Below, one piece after another: positions 57,598 through 64,000 of a stretch of 64,000 nt of DNA; position 1 is the first letter of the stretch, and each line of letters opens with the position of its first letter. This DNA is from an uncultured bacterium (GTDB taxonomy: Bacteria > Oederibacteriota > Oederibacteriia > Oederibacteriales > Oederibacteriaceae): contig OZ218778.1 of the NCBI GenBank assembly GCA_965112635.1, forward strand, positions 1,920,001 to 1,984,000, written 5' to 3'. Position numbers and translations under genes: made by a program. Below the pieces are notes generated by a model. The model was not told the origin of the DNA. It searched no databases and saw only the letters and a program-made list of their open reading frames with translations.

Positions 57598-59472
57598 ATG
57601 AAAAACAAAATTAGTCATGTTTTATTGATGACTATTTTGTTGTTTGCCTGTGGCAAGGGCCTGGCTTTTGGAGCTGGCCTAGGATACCCGCCAGCCAGTG
57701 TGATGGACGTTGAAAACTGGCAATGGATCTGCCACTGCCAAACCCTGCATACTGCCTATAAAGCGGCCTATGGAGACACCGGTATTGTGTGTCATTTTGG
57801 GGATTCCATCACCTACGCCAACCAGTATGGTGTTTGGGCCGACAGGTCCGGAGGACCCGGTTTTACGGCGGCTGACACTTTGGTCACGCAATGGATGCAT
57901 GTGGGCGGGCCGGGTGACCCGAATCCAGTGAGTCCTTATTCATTGCCCGCTAATTGTGCAACGATCACAGGTTGGTGGCAAAAGGATGGGTTTAGTTTGC
58001 AACGCGTGGATATGACCTACGACGGGTCATACACGGCGATGAGCGGTATTACAACGGACCAATATTTAAATGGGACAGATAACCTTCCCGTGCCCAGTGC
58101 GATGATAAATTGCTTTAACCCTGAAATAATCGTAATTCTGCTGGGGACCAATGACGCGAAAACCGCGGTTCCAGTAGCGACAATGCAAGCCAATTTGAAT
58201 TCTATCGTCCAGGAGTGCATGGCCAAAAATGGCATCCCCATCCTGACCACTCTGCCTCCGAGCTGCGCGGGATTTGACGTAACGAATTACAACACGGCGA
58301 TCATGACCGTAGCGCAGAATAACCAAATACCGGTGATCGGGTTTAACCAGGCTATCATGTTTGAACAGCCCGGGGGGACAGAGACTGCAGGTCCTTGGTC
58401 ATCGACTTTGATAAGTGCTGATTGTATCCATCCAAGCGGCACAGATGCCAGTAGCGACCCGACGGCGAACAATTACGCGGACCTACAGCAAGGAGGATAT
58501 CTATTACGGACGTGGCTGACTATAAAGAAGATCGAGGAGGTGTACGCGAATTGCGTGACCGGGACCGGCTCCTGTGGCACGAACACAGCCACCTTTACCA
58601 TCACAAATACATCGACTCCCATGCCCACATCGACTGCAACCGTGACGGCTTCTCCAACAGGGACTCGGACAGGGACCGCGACGGGGACGAGCACTGCAAC
58701 CCCTCTAGGAACTTCGACGAACACAGCCACCGCCACGCAGACAGCAACGGGGACGAATACGGCAACGCCTATTGGAACCTCCACTTATACTCTCACCTCC
58801 AGCCAGACAGGAACTGTAACCCAGACCCTCACGGAAACGCTGACCTCAACGCAGACTTTGACTTCTTCGCAGACCCTGACGCCATCCCTGACCCTGACCA
58901 GTTCGATGACCAGCACGAGTTCAACTACCTCGACGGAGACCTTGACCCCTTCCCAGACCCTTACGCCATCGCAGACTTTGACCCCTTCCCAAACCTTTAC
59001 CAATACGGCCACAGCCACTGTCACGACGACCCAGACCATAACCTTTACCTTTACCCAGACCCTTACTTCTTCTCAGACCTTGACCTCTTCCCAAACCACT
59101 ACGGGTTCGCCTACCCTAACCCAGACCATTACTCTGACCTGCAGCAACACACCCACGCCCTATGGGCCGGTCAATATCACCAGGATAGTGCCCTATCCCA
59201 ACCCCTATAGCGGCAACGGGTACATTTCCTTCTATTACGTACTGTCCACGGGAGGAATAGATTCGGTGGTCATCAAGGTTTACACGACCTGCATGAGATT
59301 GGTCAAAGAGTTCGACAATTGCCCTGAAAATTGCGGCCAGAACATCGTTTCATGGGACTCCAGGGACCATTTTGGGTCTAGCTTGGCCAACGGCCTTTAT
59401 TACTTCACTATCGAAGCTAAGCGGGAGCATGAAAGCATCAGAAAAATCGGCAAGCTCTCGGTGCTGAGGTAA
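57598..59472 (+). CDS. Secreted SGNH hydrolase + Thr stalk + T9SS-like CTD
   Basis: GDSITY, LLGTND, DCIHP; long TxT stalk; 'PYPNPY...WDSRD...LANGLYYF...KIGKLSVLR'. Confidence 0.87.
   Translation: MKNKISHVLLMTILLFACGKGLAFGAGLGYPPASVMDVENWQWICHCQTLHTAYKAAYGDTGIVCHFGDSITYANQYGVWADRSGGPGFTAADTLVTQWMHVGGPGDPNPVSPYSLPANCATITGWWQKDGFSLQRVDMTYDGSYTAMSGITTDQYLNGTDNLPVPSAMINCFNPEIIVILLGTNDAKTAVPVATMQANLNSIVQECMAKNGIPILTTLPPSCAGFDVTNYNTAIMTVAQNNQIPVIGFNQAIMFEQPGGTETAGPWSSTLISADCIHPSGTDASSDPTANNYADLQQGGYLLRTWLTIKKIEEVYANCVTGTGSCGTNTATFTITNTSTPMPTSTATVTASPTGTRTGTATGTSTATPLGTSTNTATATQTATGTNTATPIGTSTYTLTSSQTGTVTQTLTETLTSTQTLTSSQTLTPSLTLTSSMTSTSSTTSTETLTPSQTLTPSQTLTPSQTFTNTATATVTTTQTITFTFTQTLTSSQTLTSSQTTTGSPTLTQTITLTCSNTPTPYGPVNITRIVPYPNPYSGNGYISFYYVLSTGGIDSVVIKVYTTCMRLVKEFDNCPENCGQNIVSWDSRDHFGSSLANGLYYFTIEAKREHESIRKIGKLSVLR
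58800..59160 (+). repeat. Degenerate 18-bp (hexapeptide TLT[S/P]SQ) tandem repeats
   Basis: For example ttgaccccttcccagacc / cttacgccatcgcagact / ttgaccccttcccaaacc at ~58942-58995. Confidence 0.75.
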
Positions 59473-59644
59473 CTGGTCAGTACATCCAACCGGATATATT
59501 TTTCAATCCAACTAATTCCTTTATAAGCCCGATTACGCCCTCTAGTTTTGTTTGACTTTAGAAAACACCAATGATAAAAGTTAGCCATTAATCGGTGAGA
59601 TGTTTTTTGTTTGAATTACGACATTTTGAAAAAGGAATAAAAAA

Positions 59645-60451
59645 GTGGGTTACAAAGCAAAGCTATATACTGCCATTATTTTGGGGGTACTGGGAGCGTT
59701 ATTAAGTTATCTTTACCTTTCCTACAAAGAGAATGAATTGCTTTCCAGGGCCCAATCCGTCAAGGTTTTGGTGGCCAAAAGATATATTCCTGCGTTTACC
59801 CGTCTTGACCCATCCATGCTTGAATTTAAAAGCATACCTGCAGATTATTTAGAGCCAGGCGTCGTGATGAAACCTGAAGACATTGTAGGCCAGGTGGCTT
59901 TGGCCCCCGTTATGGCCTCTGAGCAGATTCTTGCGACTAAATTCACCCGTACCGCCCTTTCTTTGGCCAGCATCGTTCCTGAAGGTAAAAGAGCTGTGAC
60001 CATCGGCGTTGATGCCGTCAAAGGAGTGGCTGGCCTAATCAGCCCCGGTGATTTTGTGGATATCGTAGCGACAATGGAAGTGACGGAAGGCAACGCGGTT
60101 AAATTGATGTCCACTGTTCTTTTGCAGAATATTAGAGTGTTGGCGGTTGGAAAAACTTTCAAGGAAAAAAGCGCCGAAGAGGAAACTGCCGCCGCGGACG
60201 GGGATGCCTCGGCCGTGACCTTGGCCCTGTCACCCCAGGAAGCTGAACTAGTTTCTTTTACTGAAGAAAAAGGGAAGATCAAGCTTGTCTTGCGGGGAAG
60301 CGGGGACAATGAGGATGTCAAAATCCCAGTTGTACAATCTTCGGCCATTGTCAATAAAATGGAGGCGCCCAAAGGTGAAGGGAGGGCAATGGAACTCTAC
60401 CGCGGGGGTGAGAGGACCAATATTCGTCTTAGGAAGGATAGTTTAAAATAA
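59645..60451 (+). CDS. cpaB: Flp pilus assembly protein CpaB/RcpC
   Basis: N-terminal TM, SAF domain 'VLVAKRYIP', 'VPEGKRAVTI...GVAGLISPGDFVD', 'LLQNIRVLAVG'. Confidence 0.93.
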   Translation: MGYKAKLYTAIILGVLGALLSYLYLSYKENELLSRAQSVKVLVAKRYIPAFTRLDPSMLEFKSIPADYLEPGVVMKPEDIVGQVALAPVMASEQILATKFTRTALSLASIVPEGKRAVTIGVDAVKGVAGLISPGDFVDIVATMEVTEGNAVKLMSTVLLQNIRVLAVGKTFKEKSAEEETAAADGDASAVTLALSPQEAELVSFTEEKGKIKLVLRGSGDNEDVKIPVVQSSAIVNKMEAPKGEGRAMELYRGGERTNIRLRKDSLK

Positions 60452-61461
60452 TGAGAAAGTGTTCGCTCATAAATTTTGCCGTTCTATGGATAATTACATT
60501 TTTAGGCACGGGTAGTGGTCTGTGGGCCGACGAGACAGTTCAGCTGTCGATAGGCGAATCAAAGGTCATCTCCGTGAACTCCCCGCAAAAGGTGGCGGTG
60601 GGGGATTCCAAGATCGCTGATGTCCAGGTGCTTTCAGAAAAAGAGATCTTGTTGAGCGCCAAGGGCGCCGGCGTCACCAATCTGATCGTGTGGAACTCGG
60701 AAGGCAAGAAAGAAACAACGGAAATCACCGTAGTGACCTCCTCCCTGGAAAAAGTCATGGTGGAGATTGACGTGCAGGTGTTGGAGATAAACCGGAGCCA
60801 GGTCCAGGATCTTGGAATAGATTGGCCGACTGTTATACAAGGGAGCGGGCTTAATAGTGCTGGCATACCCTCAACTCCTTTAGCTATCCAGGAGCAGTCC
60901 AATCCTCCGCTTTTTAATTGGGGAACTTTCCAGCGGGGCAACGTGACCGCTTTGTTGGATGCGCTGGTCACCAAGGGTTATGCCAAAGTTTTGGCCAAGC
61001 CCAAGCTGCTGGCTGTCAGTGGGACCCAGGCTAGTTTTCTAGCCGGTGGAGAGGTCCCAATCGTCAACCAGGACTCCCAGGGTCATACTTCTGTGACTTG
61101 GAAACAGTACGGGGTTACTCTGGACATCGAACCCAATGCAGATACCCTTGGTAACGTCAACGCCCTGGTTCGGGCTGAAGTATCCAACCTTGATTCTGCC
61201 AATGCCGTGCGGCTTCCCAACGGGACCTATATGCCAGCCATCAGAACCCGCTGGGCTAAAACCAATGTTTTTGTCAAAAAGGGCGGGACCCTTATCATGG
61301 CCGGCCTGATTCAAGAACAGGAAATCTATAACACGGTTGGGGTACCGATCCTGAGCGAAATTCCCTTGTTAGGAGAGCTTTTTAAGACCCACCATGTCGA
61401 GCACCCTGAAACAGAACTGGTCATTTTTGTAACCCCCTCCATTGTGGGACAAAAATCATAA
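60451..61461 (+). CDS. cpaC: Flp pilus secretin CpaC/RcpA
   Basis: Pilus-formation N domain 'VAVGDSKIADV...GVTNLIVW'; secretin 'ASFLAGGEVP', 'VPILSEIPLLGELFK', 'ELVIFVTP'. Confidence 0.9.
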   Translation: MRKCSLINFAVLWIITFLGTGSGLWADETVQLSIGESKVISVNSPQKVAVGDSKIADVQVLSEKEILLSAKGAGVTNLIVWNSEGKKETTEITVVTSSLEKVMVEIDVQVLEINRSQVQDLGIDWPTVIQGSGLNSAGIPSTPLAIQEQSNPPLFNWGTFQRGNVTALLDALVTKGYAKVLAKPKLLAVSGTQASFLAGGEVPIVNQDSQGHTSVTWKQYGVTLDIEPNADTLGNVNALVRAEVSNLDSANAVRLPNGTYMPAIRTRWAKTNVFVKKGGTLIMAGLIQEQEIYNTVGVPILSEIPLLGELFKTHHVEHPETELVIFVTPSIVGQKS

Positions 61462-61597
61462 CCATTTAGAAGGAAAAGTGGTAATATGAAACCCCCCAGA
61501 ATAGAATTAGCCTGTTTTTTTATCCCTAGTCTGAGGAGGCCGTTAGCCGGTTTTCGTTACCCTAAATGAGTTTGATTTTTTTCCGAAAGGGTTCTTT

Positions 61598-62602
61598 ATG
61601 TCAGAAATTCGTAAAAATATCGCGACTAAAGATTGGGTGGTCGTGCCCAGGGAACATCTGCAGCCTCCACAGGATTTTATCCAAAAGAAAGCAAGAAAGA
61701 GTTTGGTCAATCCCCAGGATTGCCCGTTCTGCCCGGGAAATGAGAGCCGCACATTACCAGAAACCCTGGCTTACCGGGCGATGGGCACTATACCGAATGA
61801 AAAAGGCTGGTGGATCCGGGTCATCCCCCATATGAATCCGCTGTTGAATTCGATGGGCGAGCTGAAACGGGAAGAGACGGCTGATATTTTTATTCAGTAT
61901 TCGGGTGTAGGTCATCATGAGAATGTCATTGAGAGCCCCAACCACAACGAGATGTTAGGTTTCATGGACGCGCGGCAGACCGAAGAGGTGTTCCTGGCCT
62001 ACAGGGAGAGGTATTTAAGCCTTAGCCGTGACAGCAGGGTCAAAATGGTTACCTTTTTCAAAAACCATGGCCCTTTGGCTGGCGGAAGCATAGAGCATTC
62101 ACACAGCCATATCGTGGCCATGCCCATGGTTCCGAACAGCACCAGGCATCACTTGGAAGAAGCCAGGAGATATTATGATGATCATGGGACCTGCGGTTAT
62201 TGCGACTCTGTGGAGGCTCAGTTGCGATATAAAGAGACCATCGTTTTAGAAAGCGAAGGGTTTGTCGCTTTTGAGCCTTTTGCCTCCATGTATCCTTTCG
62301 AGACCTGGATCGTACCCCGTGAGCACAAAGCTTCTTTTGGACAGGCCAAGACCGACGAAATCAAACACTTTGCCCATGTGGTCAACGAAGTGCTAAGGAA
62401 GATCCAGGCCGCCTTGTCCTATCCAGATTATAACTATTGCATTTTTACAGCGCCGGTGGATGAGCAGAACGCAGCACATTTTCACTGGCATATGCAGATC
62501 TTCCCCCGTTTTGAGACCGTGCCCTGGGGCGGCCTGGGCATTGGCATCAATGTCAACAAGGTATTACCAGAACACGCCGCTAAATTTTTCAGGGAAGTTT
62601 AA
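61598..62602 (+). CDS. galT: Galactose-1-phosphate uridylyltransferase-like HIT-family nucleotidyltransferase
   Basis: MSEIR, CPFCPGNE, G.HE.VIESP.H, FKNHGPLAGGSIEHSHSH, PFETWIVP, HWH. Confidence 0.8.
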   Translation: MSEIRKNIATKDWVVVPREHLQPPQDFIQKKARKSLVNPQDCPFCPGNESRTLPETLAYRAMGTIPNEKGWWIRVIPHMNPLLNSMGELKREETADIFIQYSGVGHHENVIESPNHNEMLGFMDARQTEEVFLAYRERYLSLSRDSRVKMVTFFKNHGPLAGGSIEHSHSHIVAMPMVPNSTRHHLEEARRYYDDHGTCGYCDSVEAQLRYKETIVLESEGFVAFEPFASMYPFETWIVPREHKASFGQAKTDEIKHFAHVVNEVLRKIQAALSYPDYNYCIFTAPVDEQNAAHFHWHMQIFPRFETVPWGGLGIGINVNKVLPEHAAKFFREV

Positions 62603-62617
62603 AAAACAATCAATCCA

Positions 62618-64000
62618 ATGAAACCTCTGAATATAAGCCATGTCCATGTCTTCCTCAGACAGGATGAGGTTACGCCAGTTTCGCTAGGAGAGTTTTACTC
62701 CCTTTACTGCAGCCGTAACCAGAACAAGAAAGTCTTGTTCATCAAGGAACACCCACAACTATCAGTCCTAACTTGTAAGGGAGGGCAGCATAGGGTTTTG
62801 TCCCAGATGCCCGCCTCTTTCCCTGAATGGAACCTGCAGTTGTTAAAGGGGTATTTCGAAAAGCACGAGGATAATTTAGACCTAGCAGTGGTTTTCCAGG
62901 ACAAGGCCAGCCAATCTCAGTTCTTGTGTGACATTGCCAGAATTTTGAAATTCCTCCAAGAGGCCTATCAGGTTATTGTTTTGGAAACGGTCTTGACCCA
63001 GGATAAATGGCAGAAAGAACTGTTATGCTGTGCGGATAAAGTCACCCCGGTGCTTACCCGCAAGGATGGTGGCAGTGATGACCACAAGTTATGGCCAAGG
63101 TCAGCAAAAAGCATTGTCCTGGGAAACGACGAGATCGTGGATGGAAAGAATCAATTGGTTCTCCCTAAAGGAGTTGATCAGACCTTGGTCCGTTTTGCGC
63201 ACCAGGAGATTACGAACGACCCCTTGTTGCAACATATTGTTGGTTTTTTGACAGTGGAAGAACAAAATCTTATTTCCGGAACTGGTGCGGCCAAACCGGA
63301 GGTTAGTTTCCCCCGTCTTACTGAGATGAAAAATCAGGTACACACTGAGTTGCTACAAAGGATGAAAGTGCGGCATTTGGATTGGGAATTAGTCCAATCT
63401 CCGAGCCGAGCCCAGGAGTTTAGAGATCAACTTATTAAGGTGATCGACGAGATCCTGGCGGAAGAAAAAAGTCAGGCGCTGGCTGGTGAGAAAGAGAACC
63501 TTAAAAAAGAATTGATCGACGATGTCTTAGGGCTTGGACCTTTGGAAGATATGCTGGCGGACGATGAAATTACAGAAATCATGGTCAATAGTAAGGATCA
63601 GATTTATGTGGAGAAAGAGGGCGCTCTTTATTTGACCCCCAAGAGGTTCCTGTCGGACGATCAGCTTCGGGCTGTCATTGAGAAGATCGTGACTCCCCTG
63701 GGCCGCCGCATAGACGAAAGCACTCCTACGGTAGATGCCAGGCTTAAGGACGGTTCGCGGGTCAACGCCGTTATTCCGCCGCTGGCTTTGAAGGGTCCCT
63801 GTTTAACCATCCGGAAATTCTCCAAAAACAAATTGACCGATAAGGATTTGATCAGGTTTGGGTCTTTGTCCCAGGCAGCGGCTGATTTTCTCAGGCTTTG
63901 CGTGTTTAACCGCAGGAACATTGTGATCTCAGGCGGGACGGGTTCCGGGAAAACCACCCTGCTCAATGTTTTGTCAGGGTTTATTCCAGAAAATGAGAGG
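62618..64000 (+). CDS. cpaF: CpaF/TadA pilus assembly ATPase with ~230-aa N-terminal extension (runs off the window end)
   Basis: Open frame translated by hand from ATG 62618 (not in the ORF track): 'LGLGPLEDMLADDEITEIMVN', 'RRIDESTPTVDARLKDGSRVN', 'TIRKF', Walker A 'GGTGSGKTT'. Confidence 0.92.
   Translation, partial: MKPLNISHVHVFLRQDEVTPVSLGEFYSLYCSRNQNKKVLFIKEHPQLSVLTCKGGQHRVLSQMPASFPEWNLQLLKGYFEKHEDNLDLAVVFQDKASQSQFLCDIARILKFLQEAYQVIVLETVLTQDKWQKELLCCADKVTPVLTRKDGGSDDHKLWPRSAKSIVLGNDEIVDGKNQLVLPKGVDQTLVRFAHQEITNDPLLQHIVGFLTVEEQNLISGTGAAKPEVSFPRLTEMKNQVHTELLQRMKVRHLDWELVQSPSRAQEFRDQLIKVIDEILAEEKSQALAGEKENLKKELIDDVLGLGPLEDMLADDEITEIMVNSKDQIYVEKEGALYLTPKRFLSDDQLRAVIEKIVTPLGRRIDESTPTVDARLKDGSRVNAVIPPLALKGPCLTIRKFSKNKLTDKDLIRFGSLSQAAADFLRLCVFNRRNIVISGGTGSGKTTLLNVLSGFIPENER

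Noticed and set aside
58800-59160. Regular short repeats as a possible CRISPR array
   Set aside because: They are degenerate in-frame 18-bp coding repeats without spacers, and no cas genes are present.

Overview
A 64 kb chromosomal segment from a diderm bacterium, shown by a Kdo transferase, a TonB-dependent receptor, a secretin and two PorV/PorQ-type beta-barrels. The Thr-rich, FlgD/T9SS-tailed proteins resemble those of candidate phyla such as Firestonebacteria, Goldbacteria or FCPU426; this placement is inference only. Gene order: an acyltransferase and a frameshifted PorV-like gene with a CTD-bearing cargo gene (1-3.6 kb); a 16 kb envelope/protein-glycosylation operon with waaA, four GT-C-type membrane enzymes, GT2, GT4, a B12 radical SAM enzyme, a flippase-like protein, WecA/MraY, a UGM-like flavoprotein and an epimerase (3.8-20 kb); a 16 kb array of six secreted Thr-stalk proteins plus a LolA-like gene, followed by an O-ligase/O-OTase-TPR gene (20-38 kb); efp-accB-accC; an in-frame recO::porV-like fusion; recX; alaS; a frameshifted M28/DUF4910-AAC(3) fusion; a degenerate cobA-hemD with a B12/iron ABC and TonB uptake cluster; an MBL hydrolase; a pair of SGNH proteins; and the start of a Tad pilus cluster interrupted by a galT-like gene. 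The most striking structure is the combinatorial 3x2 array. Three different N-terminal heads are each encoded twice in tandem, once with a short type-B-like CTD and once with a long multi-FlgD/type-A-like CTD. No rRNA, tRNA, CRISPR array or transposase was recognised. All family calls come from motif recognition by eye, not database searches.
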